This document shows positions 1 to 8,875 of a DNA stretch of 34,786 nt, piece by piece. The stretch is from assembly GCA_047611865.1 (NCBI GenBank), contig JBLFWS010000015.1, positions 1 to 34,786 on the forward strand, in the 5' to 3' direction. Made by a program: the position numbers and the translations under genes. The notes beneath the pieces are model-generated. The model was not told where the DNA came from. It worked only from the letters and a program-made list of their open reading frames with translations, and ran no database searches. Each line of letters starts with the position of its first letter. The first letter of the stretch is position 1. Source of the DNA: Chlamydiales bacterium. GTDB taxonomy: Bacteria > Chlamydiota > Chlamydiia > Chlamydiales > JBDQID01.

Positions 1-62
1 CAATAAGTCCTGAGGGTTTTTTGTGTTTTACGCTCTTATCAATCGTTCCTGGTAAAGGATAT

Positions 63-767
63 ATGGTGAAAGCAGCGCATTTTGAAACACGAGATATGAC
101 TGATGATCCTCCTTTCGAGCTAGAGGGGAGATCTTTGTTTTTGAGAAAGCGTTTGGCTGTAGAAGAAGAAGTGGTGCAGAAAATCACCAGCTGGTGGTTG
201 GAGCAATTTTGCATAGGGATCTTAAAAAAAATGCCAGTAAGAGAGTCCGACTATCCAGTAATTTTGGAAAAGTCTTATTTGGACCAAAATATTGTTAGAA
301 TAAAAGAGCGAGCAAAAAGGTCTTTCCCTTCTTTTTGCCCTGTCTCGGGAAAGGAATGTGATCAGATCAGAGCTTTAGGCGAAGAAACAGAGGAGCCAAT
401 TATGTGGATGTTTTCTTCTTCAGGAGTTCGTTATCAGGGAGTACAAGAGGTCGTACGACTGTTTTCCTGTTTTATTGCTTTATCACTATATTTATTGCGC
501 GGTTATTCGATCTTTTATAGTGGAGAGAATGCAAATGGGTACAGGGTTATAAATATTTTATTTCAATCGATGATGGGCATGGGCGTTTTTATCATTCTAC
601 CGGTTGTTTGGTATCTTACTAGAGACAAAATTGTGGCTTATGACCGAGACCCCATTGCGAGGACAGTTTCCATTAAAGTAGAAGATGAAGACTACTTCAT
701 AGCTTTTGTTGATCTCAATGTAGCTCCAGAACACCCATTGCCATGGAGGATAGATCCTGATGAGTGA
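63..767 (+). CDS. Hypothetical membrane protein (2 C-terminal TM segments)
   Basis: ORF 21..767. ATG at 63 follows AAGGA and is the more likely start. Two hydrophobic stretches; no family recognised. Confidence 0.65.
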   Translation: MVKAAHFETRDMTDDPPFELEGRSLFLRKRLAVEEEVVQKITSWWLEQFCIGILKKMPVRESDYPVILEKSYLDQNIVRIKERAKRSFPSFCPVSGKECDQIRALGEETEEPIMWMFSSSGVRYQGVQEVVRLFSCFIALSLYLLRGYSIFYSGENANGYRVINILFQSMMGMGVFIILPVVWYLTRDKIVAYDRDPIARTVSIKVEDEDYFIAFVDLNVAPEHPLPWRIDPDE

Positions 768-777
768 GGGGATATTT

Positions 778-1659
778 CTATTTATCTGCGTCTAATATAG
801 TCAGCTTTACTTTCAGGAAGCTTACCGTTAGCTGAGGCTTATGAGGGTGTTTGGCACTGATGGGTGTGATACAAACATAAGATCCTCCTGGAGGGTGATA
901 CAAATGCCAAGAGTTTTCGTCATTTACACAGTTGTAGATGGTGCGGAGGTTATAGTCTTCCGTTTTTAAAAGAATATTTCCAGATAGATTATTGAGAAAG
1001 GGTCGAAAACTGTAATCAGCACCTTTATTTAAATTATAGTGGATGTGTTGTTGAGTGTAATCCCAGTTTTCTGGAATAGGTTTGGACTTACCCTCATCTT
1101 CATAGTGGTCTGAAACATCAGCAGTAACAGATCCTTTGCCATTTTTAAGGGCATAATGGTAATCCAGCCCTACAAGGGAGTCTGAATCACTGACTACTGA
1201 CATGGTAATGTTTAACCCATTTTCGTTTAGAATGGCATCAAATGTCATTTTGAAGTTTTGACCTTCAAGAACTTCTAGAGGGATGCCATTTAGCTCATCC
1301 TTTCCTGTGAGGAAAGCCTTAATTTCAGCATCCATTACTTCAGCATTCCAAGTGGCGTAGCGCCCGATTCCGTGGTTGAAGGGGTCATCAATGCCTTCTT
1401 TTTTTAAGGTTTCGATGTGAGGAAACAGACTCTCATCTTCCAATGCGGAGATTATGTGTGGGTTGCGTTTTTTATAATGTGGACCGATGATGGCGCCAAG
1501 TCCTGAGAAGTCATTGTTAAAAGCGTTTTGAGTGCTTTGATCGATTACTTCTACATCATTCTTTTTAAAGCTAACCATGTTCATCCCCTTGTCGGGGAGG
1601 AAGGTGGCTTTGAGGAGATCATTATTCTTGGTAAGAAATTGAATTGTTACTGGATCCAT
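778..1659 (-). CDS. Galactose mutarotase/aldose 1-epimerase-like protein
   Basis: 293 aa. N-terminal 'FLPDKGMNMVSF', 'HGIGRY', 'GLDYHY' and 'YVCITP' resemble mutarotase-fold motifs. Confidence 0.6.
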   Translation of the reverse strand: MDPVTIQFLTKNNDLLKATFLPDKGMNMVSFKKNDVEVIDQSTQNAFNNDFSGLGAIIGPHYKKRNPHIISALEDESLFPHIETLKKEGIDDPFNHGIGRYATWNAEVMDAEIKAFLTGKDELNGIPLEVLEGQNFKMTFDAILNENGLNITMSVVSDSDSLVGLDYHYALKNGKGSVTADVSDHYEDEGKSKPIPENWDYTQQHIHYNLNKGADYSFRPFLNNLSGNILLKTEDYNLRTIYNCVNDENSWHLYHPPGGSYVCITPISAKHPHKPQLTVSFLKVKLTILDADK

Positions 1660-1847
1660 CGATATTTCGGCGTGGATTCCTCAGCCTTTATAATTGAAAG
1701 AGCGGGGGAAAATGCCGCCTCCTTTTGAAGTTGAACAGGCTAATGTATAAATAAGAGTCCTTATAAAACATTTATAGTTTAGCGTCTATTGCCTATATCA
1801 AAAGCAAACTGGAGTCTTGAGTTCCGAGTGGCGTTGTCACATATATA

Positions 1848-2007
1848 ACCACAGAGGCACTGAGTTCAGTGAGGAGATATGAGAAAAATGAGAAATCTTT
1901 TATAGGATGAAACATCGAAGTCCATGCTTCAGCAATTTTATGTTAAAATTGATCAATACCCCTCCCTCATCTCATTACCTTCTCAGTGATCTCACCGGCT
2001 CAGTGGT
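1848..2007. repeat. Degenerate ACCACAGAG-type palindromic element
   Basis: Left arm accacagaggcactgagttcagtgaggaga..atgag pairs imperfectly with right arm ctcatctcattaccttctcagtgatctcaccggctcagtggt. Resembles the internal part of the 9904/32525/34617 MITE. Confidence 0.55.
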
Positions 2008-2044
2008 GACCTCGAGACAAGACAGTTCTGAGATGCTTTCGGTA

Positions 2045-2208
2045 TATACACAAACAACTTGAAGAATCGGTTTTTGGGCCGATCTTTTCCCGCCTGATGA
2101 AGCTTGAAAATTCCACCTACTTCTCCAATTATAACTGGAATTTCCAAGCTTCATCAGACAAGAAAATCTCTAACCCAAAATTCCGACTCTTCAAGTTGTT
2201 TGTGTATA
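2045..2208. repeat. ERIC-like long palindromic element (164 bp)
   Basis: Perfect terminal inverted repeat TATACACAAACAACTTGAAGA...TCTTCAAGTTGTTTGTGTATA, plus inner stem CTGATGAAGCTTGAAAATTCCA/TGGAATTTCCAAGCTTCATCAG. Confidence 0.85.
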
Positions 2209-2219
2209 GCACCTGGTAA

Positions 2220-2681
2220 TTAGTTCATAGATCCCGATTGATTGGATATATACCTTCCTAAAAAGAAAAAATAGATAAGTAGGCTTGCTAAAATGAATGT
2301 GTAGAAGCAGTCCTTAAAAGGGAAAAACTTTTGTAAACTCGTTTGTTCAAAGTTACTTGGATTGTACCAAACCTTCCATTTTTTTGAGGAGAGAGACTTA
2401 ATTGTGGACTCTACGCCCCAAAGATTAGGGAATTGCTGCTTATCGAATGTGTATTTCCCAAAGAACTGAGCCTCTGCGAGAATGAAAGTATATTTTGCTT
2501 CGATAGTAAAATTTTCATCTGAGATTTTGAGGGGTTTCCAATCAATGATGAAGGCATCGGTTTGGTGGCTGAGTCGAGAGTACTCTACTAAGCTTTTACC
2601 TGTTCCCCAGGAAAACCATAAGGTGATGACTCCTAAGAACAAAAGAAGACCTTTCCATATATAAATCATCATCTTAGGCAT
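2220..2681 (-). CDS. DUF3592-like membrane protein
   Basis: N- and C-terminal TM helices flank a beta-rich domain with 'KYTF' and 'VWYNPSNF'. Confidence 0.65.
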   Translation of the reverse strand: MPKMMIYIWKGLLLFLGVITLWFSWGTGKSLVEYSRLSHQTDAFIIDWKPLKISDENFTIEAKYTFILAEAQFFGKYTFDKQQFPNLWGVESTIKSLSSKKWKVWYNPSNFEQTSLQKFFPFKDCFYTFILASLLIYFFFLGRYISNQSGSMN

Positions 2682-2700
2682 GGGTGTCTTAAGCTCCGTT

Positions 2701-3549
2701 TTATCTGAGTTCTTTGAAAAGTTTACTATATTCTATAGGGACAGGGGATTCAAAAGCCATAGCCTTGCCATTTAATGGATGTTGAAAAGTTAATTTGTGA
2801 GCATGTAAGCATAGCCTTTTCAAAGGGTCAGCTACAGCTCCATATTTAACGTCACCTATAATGGGATGCCCGGCATCATAGCAATGTACCCGGATTTGGT
2901 TTTTTCTGCCGCTTTCTAGATTTAGCCGTAAATAGCTATAACCTTTTGTGCTGGCCAAAACTTCATAGTGAGTAACAGCTCGTTTACCCTTGCTGGCATC
3001 ACCGCTACTGTGAACTTTAAAGTTTTGGTCCTCATAGAGGTAACTTTCCCAGGTACCTGTCTTTTTTTCTAATGTCCCTTCTATAATGGCTCGATATTCC
3101 CGCTTTATGAGCCTTTTTTCTAACATGTCTTTTAGCTTGGATGTAGCTTGATCGGTGTGAGCATACAATATGAGGCCAGATGTTTCCCGGTCTAATCGAT
3201 GGATAACATGGACTCGTTTGGGGTGGTACTTTTCTTTGAGATAAGAATGAAGGTTTTTCTCGTTTCCATGATCGGTAGACACACTGAGGATCCCCACAGG
3301 TTTGTCTACAACGATTACTTCGTGGTCATTAAAAATTATTTTTATGCCTTTGTCAGGAATTTCCTGCTTTTTACCCACGGTTATGACATCGCCAGAGTTT
3401 ACCAAATTGTTAGTTCCTTTGATAATACTTCCGTTTACACATACTCTTTCCAGTTTTAACCATGAACGAAGAGTGTTCTTACTGCTATCTGGTGACATCT
3501 GGCTAAGGATTTCAAGAATTTTTTGCTCTTTTTTTGCTGTAAATTGCAT
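2701..3549 (-). CDS. RluA/RluD-family 23S rRNA pseudouridine synthase with N-terminal S4 domain
   Basis: Motifs VDKPVG, HRLDRETSG (catalytic Asp), GRKNQIRVH, GHPIIGDVKYG and LHAHKL. Confidence 0.95.
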   Translation of the reverse strand: MQFTAKKEQKILEILSQMSPDSSKNTLRSWLKLERVCVNGSIIKGTNNLVNSGDVITVGKKQEIPDKGIKIIFNDHEVIVVDKPVGILSVSTDHGNEKNLHSYLKEKYHPKRVHVIHRLDRETSGLILYAHTDQATSKLKDMLEKRLIKREYRAIIEGTLEKKTGTWESYLYEDQNFKVHSSGDASKGKRAVTHYEVLASTKGYSYLRLNLESGRKNQIRVHCYDAGHPIIGDVKYGAVADPLKRLCLHAHKLTFQHPLNGKAMAFESPVPIEYSKLFKELR

Positions 3550-3586
3550 TAATTACCTCATTGATCTGTCTATTATTTCACAATCT

Positions 3587-3615
3587 TTGACAAATTATAG
3601 CAAGTTAGGTAAAAT
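3587..3615 (+). promoter_or_regulatory. Sigma66/sigma70-type promoter for rpsT
   Basis: TTGACA (3587-3592), 17-nt spacer, TAAAAT (3610-3615), about 55 nt upstream of the rpsT ATG. Confidence 0.75.
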
Positions 3616-3668
3616 TCCTGTACTGTTTGTATTATTATGCAATTAATTTACGTTAAGGAAGTCATACA

Positions 3669-3956
3669 ATGGCAGACGAAGAAAAAAAGAAAGTAAAGCG
3701 GCCTACAGCCATCAAGCGTATGATTCAAAATGAAACTAGACGCTTGATCAATAAATCTTTTAAGTCTAAAGTGCATAGTGCAGTTAGACGCTTTGACGAA
3801 GCTTTGAAAGAAGGCGATAAAGACGTCATCGGCACAAGCCTGAACACTGTATACAGTTATATGGATAAAGCAGTTAAGCGCGGTATCTTTAAGCAAAATA
3901 AAGTTGACCGTACAAAACAACGTTTTTCCGTTCGCGCTACAGCTAAAATGTCATAA
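3669..3956 (+). CDS. rpsT: 30S ribosomal protein S20
   Basis: Basic 95 aa protein with 'AIKRMIQNETRRLINKSFKSKVHSAVRRF' and 'MDKAVKRGIFKQNKVDR'. Confidence 0.95.
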   Translation: MADEEKKKVKRPTAIKRMIQNETRRLINKSFKSKVHSAVRRFDEALKEGDKDVIGTSLNTVYSYMDKAVKRGIFKQNKVDRTKQRFSVRATAKMS

Positions 3957-3980
3957 TTCCTATCTGGGGAGGGGGAATTT

Positions 3981-5036
3981 ATGGAGAAGATAGTTCTTAC
4001 AGCTCGGTTTAGCCTGGTTCGTAAAGTATTATTTTTATTATCTCTTGTTTTGCCGGTGAATTATGCGAATGCTCAAAATTATAGGGCTTTATCTGCTAAT
4101 GAAGGCCATGCCGAAGTAACTGAACTTCGCTATAACGAAGTTCAGTTTAAAGTAGCCTTCGACTCTCGAAGCAAGGGTCCTTTGGATCAACAGCTAGCTT
4201 TTAGCCCTTATAAACCCTGGGAAGGGGGTTGTTTGGGTATAGAGCTTGGTATTGTGCAGAATCCAAAGTTTACTGGGCCTGATGACAATTGGGAATTTTC
4301 GCTCCAAAATGGAGACGAGTTCCAAGAAGAAAGTCCCAGTCTACGCCAGACGTTGCAAGAGATCAGTAAATGGTCGAGCAATCATCCTGGTCATCACGTT
4401 GTCACTATACATATAGCTATCAAAGGCAAGAAAATTATAGGAGATGACAAGCTTTTCTGTGAGAAGTTTGATGATGTTCTTGCTAATGAGCTTGGAATTG
4501 AGAAAATTTTCACCCCCGCCTATCTTCAAAGAGATGCCTCTTCGCTTCTTTCTGCTGTCCAGCAATACGGTTGGCCTACCCTTGAAGAGCTTCGTGGAAA
4601 CTTTATAGTTGTGCTAACGGGCGATGATTCTAACCGACTCGTTTCATTACGACGGATGGTATATACTTATAATGAGCCATATAGAAGGTTGGCCTTTGTA
4701 GATATTGATCATCGAGAAGTTAAGCGTTTCTCTAAGAATGTAAGTGATATTGACAATCCCGGTTACCGCGAAGGCTCCAGAGTTTTCTTGAATATCAAAT
4801 TTGGGCACGGGGATTGGATCAGGCTTGCTGATGGAGCAAGAAAGCTTGGTCTAGTCACACGCTTGTGGAAAGTGAATACTCGAAATGATTGGAACCTGGC
4901 AAAACAGGCTAATGTAAATCTGATTGCAACAGACATGGTCCATGATAGTCAATGGACGGCACTTACCACACCTGTTGATGATTTTAGAGATGACATTGAG
5001 ATGGAAGAGGCTGTTGTTATTGAAACCAATGGCTAA
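3981..5036 (+). CDS. Secreted PI-PLC-like (PLC-like phosphodiesterase fold) protein, catalytic motifs degenerate
   Basis: Signal peptide ending 'YANA'. Motifs 'LRYNEVQ', 'WSSNHPGHHVVTI', 'GWPTLEELRGNFIVVLTG' and 'VNLIATD'. Confidence 0.75.
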   Translation: MEKIVLTARFSLVRKVLFLLSLVLPVNYANAQNYRALSANEGHAEVTELRYNEVQFKVAFDSRSKGPLDQQLAFSPYKPWEGGCLGIELGIVQNPKFTGPDDNWEFSLQNGDEFQEESPSLRQTLQEISKWSSNHPGHHVVTIHIAIKGKKIIGDDKLFCEKFDDVLANELGIEKIFTPAYLQRDASSLLSAVQQYGWPTLEELRGNFIVVLTGDDSNRLVSLRRMVYTYNEPYRRLAFVDIDHREVKRFSKNVSDIDNPGYREGSRVFLNIKFGHGDWIRLADGARKLGLVTRLWKVNTRNDWNLAKQANVNLIATDMVHDSQWTALTTPVDDFRDDIEMEEAVVIETNG

Positions 5037-5081
5037 TAATCGGTCAATATTTTGTTATTTATAGAAGATGCAGCAATCTCT

Positions 5082-5294
5082 CTAACTATTGTTTTTTCTA
5101 TTCGGCAATTTATAAAAGATTGTCGATCTATTTTCTTTGGGATAGGACACTGTCCCGCCTTGCATTTCACAAAACTTGTATAAAATGTCATCATAATGGC
5201 TTATATTAAAAATTTCCGAATTTGGGTTTGATCTTTCCCTTTTGAATGTGCATTTGATCTCGAAAATGTACATGTGGTTTTCTTCGATCTTCAC
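5082..5294 (-). CDS. Possible small hypothetical protein
   Basis: 70 aa ORF with GTG start, on the same strand as the upstream gene; no motifs. Confidence 0.3.
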   Translation of the reverse strand: MKIEENHMYIFEIKCTFKRERSNPNSEIFNISHYDDILYKFCEMQGGTVSYPKENRSTIFYKLPNRKNNS

Positions 5295-5339
5295 ACACGG
5301 TCAGCTGCAAAAACTCTTAAGATTCTTTGATTGCAAATT

Positions 5340-5822
5340 TTATTCTTTGATTTGGCCAAGATTCTTTAAACCGTAAAAAAGGCTGACTAGTGAGACAATC
5401 AGGTAGAGAGGCCAGTGTTCGCTGTTCCATCTGAGGGTCAGAATGCCGTCGTTTGAAAAGAGTAAAAGAACGAGGGAGAATAGGAAAAACACACTGCCTG
5501 TAGTGAGGAGCACTAAGGTCAGCACTAAGGTTTTGGCTGATTTTTCCATGTTGCTGCTTTGTTCGGTGGGGGAACTAGATGAACCATTCCATTCCTCTTC
5601 TGTTACGGTAAGTTCCTGCTGGGAGTAATTCATGGGGTACGGTGGTTTTGGGATCGAAGAGTTTTCGCTTGAAGCTCCTGAAGATTGATAGGGAGGAGCG
5701 AAGGCATCGTTTTCCTGTTCTTGTGGTGTAAGGTCCGAACCACAGTGGTGACATTGGAAAGATTGGACGTGAACTTCACCTTCACAGTTCCAGCAGTGTT
5801 TTCTGATTCTTATTGCGTTCAT
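5340..5822 (-). CDS. Zinc-ribbon membrane protein (chlamydia-type hypothetical)
   Basis: N-terminal CWNC-x10-CHHC, Pro/Ser-rich linker and two C-terminal TM helices. Confidence 0.8.
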   Translation of the reverse strand: MNAIRIRKHCWNCEGEVHVQSFQCHHCGSDLTPQEQENDAFAPPYQSSGASSENSSIPKPPYPMNYSQQELTVTEEEWNGSSSSPTEQSSNMEKSAKTLVLTLVLLTTGSVFFLFSLVLLLFSNDGILTLRWNSEHWPLYLIVSLVSLFYGLKNLGQIKE

Positions 5823-5902
5823 ATCTAAAATATTGTTATGAAATGTTTTAATCTTGTGTTTGATGGATATCTTACTCCAATATTAAAGCTTTTAATCTGT
5901 TT

Positions 5903-6544
5903 GTGGTTTCTATGCAACGTGCCTCTCACTTTTTGGCCTTTTTCTTCTCATTTTTTCTTCTTTCCTCCTGTGCTAGCTATAAAGTACAAACTCAAGATTT
6001 GCAGGTAGGTCACAAAGATGAATTTACAACAGCCAAGGCGCAAGAGCTTCGTAAAGAGGGTAGAAATCATTGGCTTTATGTGGCTGTACCACGTCATCGT
6101 TCTCAAATTCAATGGTATGATATGGGGCATTGGAGTACATGGGGACTTCTGGGAAATGATGATGATGGGATTTTTGGAGAGGAACCAACAGCAGGAGATT
6201 GGTCAGATCATAGGATTGGATCTTTTCGAGCATTAGAATGGGGTATTCGCAACCCTTTACATAATTTTACTTTTTATGTAATTGGTACTGCACAGTTTGA
6301 AAATAGTGAAGTAACTTTCTTGAAGATTTCCAGAGAGGGATGGTCTGCTTTCGATTATGCCTCACAAGGAGGAACGGTCTTTGCTGGAAAGGGCACGAGC
6401 TTTTTTCTTGGTCTTCATGGCTGGAGACCTTTTATTTCTCTTAGAGTGGATTATGGGCGTCTTCTGGAATTTTACCTCGGTTGGAGAGCAAGGGGGAATT
6501 TTGGGTTTAAATTTCTACCAGCAAAAAAGCGCAGGGATGATTAA
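5903..6544 (+). CDS. Hypothetical lipoprotein
   Basis: Lipobox-like 'FFLLSSC'; Trp/Gly-rich body with 'RNPLHNFTFYVIG'. Start could be ATG at 5912. Confidence 0.75.
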   Translation: MVSMQRASHFLAFFFSFFLLSSCASYKVQTQDLQVGHKDEFTTAKAQELRKEGRNHWLYVAVPRHRSQIQWYDMGHWSTWGLLGNDDDGIFGEEPTAGDWSDHRIGSFRALEWGIRNPLHNFTFYVIGTAQFENSEVTFLKISREGWSAFDYASQGGTVFAGKGTSFFLGLHGWRPFISLRVDYGRLLEFYLGWRARGNFGFKFLPAKKRRDD

Positions 6545-6559
6545 GACTCGGTGGACGTC

Positions 6560-7330
6560 CTATACTGAATACCGTTTAAGGAATTACCATTCTTAAGTGT
6601 ATATGACGATCCCAAAACAAAATGTCTACTGCTGAAATTATGACTGTTGGAATGGTCTCATTTTTATTTAAAATGGCTCTTTAAGTACCAGCGTCGCTTC
6701 TGTACCTGGATAGGCGGTTCACAGGGTGTAATTCCAAAAAAAGAAGGTCTGTTTTGTTGTGAGGTTTTAGCTTTTCTAATCTCTCTGGGTAGATTAGATT
6801 TTTAAAATAACATGTGCTCACAGAACGCTGACAGGGCAATCGCATTATAATAATTTCTTGACCTTCTCACGACAGTAAGCTGCGGGATTCAGAAAAAACA
6901 TCCCAAATTTAATAGTGTTTCGGTGGTGACGCAGCTGCCGCAGCTCTATTTTTTAATTTACTTGCTATATCGGGTCGTAGCGAGCTTGCGAGCAAGGCCC
7001 GGTATAATGGTAAGAAAAAAATGTGAGCACCAGCAGGTGCGGCACTCACTCAGAATTTATAATGGCAGACAGCTATTCCAAGTTATACTATCGCTTAAAA
7101 GATTTAGCTTCTAAGAAATATCGAAAAACTCTTTTAAAATATTGTATATAATACGATTGCCCTGGAACGCTGATCTAACTCTGTACTCAAATCGAATCTT
7201 TGAGTATAAATAGACCCTTAAGTTGCACTGTAGGATAAGCTCATGAAAAGCAAGAATTCCCGTCCTTACGCGTATGGATTTTATCTTGTTAACCTTGTCA
7301 TTGTTGTCGCGATGTTTTATCGGATCGAGC
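6560..7330 (+). pseudogene. Decayed IS982-like transposase remnant (copy A), interrupted by an ISAs1-like MITE; boundaries approximate
   Basis: Broken frames read ..YDDP../KMSTAEIMTVG (IS982 N-terminal D-P-Q-x-K-M-S-x-A-E-V-M-T pattern) and later KNSRP..YGFYL. DNA similar to 32336-32524. Confidence 0.55.
6832..7164. mobile_element. 333-bp non-autonomous element (MITE) with ISAs1-like TIRs
   Basis: TIRs CAGGGCAATCGCATTATA / CAGGGCAATCGTATTATA (17/18 identical). Perfect 9-bp TSD GAACGCTGA at 6823-6831 and 7165-7173. Confidence 0.85.
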
Positions 7331-7435
7331 ACCCAGAAGCTTTTTTGTTGATGGCTTCAGGGGCGGTGATGTTCAGCTTTTTTTTAAAGAGATGGGTCAA
7401 TCAACTTGTTGGATAGAAATTAAGGAAGCGGAATT

Positions 7436-8875
7436 ATGAGAAAATTTGATGTGGCAGTAATAGGTGGAGGCCCTGGTGGTTACGTAGCAGCAATACGTGC
7501 TGCTCAGAAAGGACTGACAGTCGCTTTGGTAGAAGCTGGAGACCTCGGGGGAACCTGTCTGAATAGAGGGTGTATCCCAACAAAAGCTTGGTTGGCAAAT
7601 GTTGAGGTCTTGAAGAAAGTAAGGGACGCAGCAGATTTTGGAATTATTACTGGAGAAGTATCTTTTGACTTCTCTCGAATGGTAAAGCGTACGGATTCCA
7701 TCGTAGGACGTATTCGAAAAGGCCTTGAGGGACTAATATCATCAAATAAAATTGAAGTGATACAAGGTTACGGAAAACTGGTTTCTGCAAATGAAATTAA
7801 GGTCACAGGAAAAGATAATGAGATATTGTATGCAGAGAATATAATTCTTGCTACGGGATCTGAGCCAAGAGAAATTACGGCATTTCCTTTTGACCATGAG
7901 CGCATTCGTTGTTCCACATCGATTTTAGCTTTGAAAGAATTGCCCAAAAAACTTGTCATTGTGGGTGGGGGAGTAATTGGTTGTGAATTTGCCTCTTTAT
8001 ATCATGACTTAGGCGTAGAAGTTATTATCCTTGAAATGCTCCCTAAATTGATTATGAATGAGGGGGATAAAGTTTCTGATGCACTCGACAACGCTTTCAA
8101 AAAACGAGGTATAGGTATACGTACCGAAGTTGCTGTTCAAGCAATAGAAAGAACGGATGCCGGAGTTTTAGTGAAAGTTGCAGGGGGAGAATCGATTTCT
8201 GCAGATATGGCTTTGGTTGCTGTGGGGAGGAAGTTTAACACTGAGAACCTGGGCTTGGAAAAAGCTGGCGTTGTGATCAGAGACAACGGAACGATCCCTG
8301 TCGATGAATATATGAAGACAAACGTTGCGGGAATTTTTGCCATAGGGGATATTACCGGGAAATTTTTACTTGCCCACGTAGCTTCGCATCAAGGTTTGGT
8401 GGCTGCAGATAATATATTAGGAAAGAAGAGCAAGTTACATTACAAAGCGGTGCCTTCTGTGATTTTTACACGTCCTGAAATTGGCACTGTAGGGATGACT
8501 CTGGAAAAAGCTCTTAGTGAAGGATATCCGGCCACGGTGTCAGGCTTCCCTTTTCAAGTTTTGGGCAAATCCCAAGCCTCTCTTGAGACGGAAGGTTTTG
8601 TCCAGATAGTCTCAGATAAATCTACAGGGCAGCTGCTAGGGGCTCAAGTGGTAGGGCATGAGGCAGCGACACTAATTGCAGAAATGACACTGGCAATTAA
8701 TAACGAACTTACAGTGGAGTGTGTCATAGAAACCATTCATGCCCACCCCACAGTTGCCGAAGCGTGGTTGGAGGCAGCCCTTATCGCCGAAGATACACCT
8801 TTACATTTTCCTCCGACTAAAAAGACTAAAGTTCAAGCAAGGAAGAAGCAGCATGTTGAAGCAAGAACTGTTTGA
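7436..8875 (+). CDS. lpdA: Dihydrolipoyl dehydrogenase
   Basis: GGGPGGY FAD-binding motif, GGTCLNRGCIP redox disulfide, GGGVIGCE and HAHPTVAE. Confidence 0.97.
   Translation: MRKFDVAVIGGGPGGYVAAIRAAQKGLTVALVEAGDLGGTCLNRGCIPTKAWLANVEVLKKVRDAADFGIITGEVSFDFSRMVKRTDSIVGRIRKGLEGLISSNKIEVIQGYGKLVSANEIKVTGKDNEILYAENIILATGSEPREITAFPFDHERIRCSTSILALKELPKKLVIVGGGVIGCEFASLYHDLGVEVIILEMLPKLIMNEGDKVSDALDNAFKKRGIGIRTEVAVQAIERTDAGVLVKVAGGESISADMALVAVGRKFNTENLGLEKAGVVIRDNGTIPVDEYMKTNVAGIFAIGDITGKFLLAHVASHQGLVAADNILGKKSKLHYKAVPSVIFTRPEIGTVGMTLEKALSEGYPATVSGFPFQVLGKSQASLETEGFVQIVSDKSTGQLLGAQVVGHEAATLIAEMTLAINNELTVECVIETIHAHPTVAEAWLEAALIAEDTPLHFPPTKKTKVQARKKQHVEARTV

Noticed and set aside
6923..7332. Small ORFs 6923..7114 and 7111..7332 as genes
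   Set aside because: They lie inside or across the ISAs1-like MITE and IS remnant, with no recognisable motifs.
8739..8852. Extended lipA N-terminus from the ORF track
   Set aside because: It would overlap lpdA by 137 nt; ATG 8853 is more plausible.
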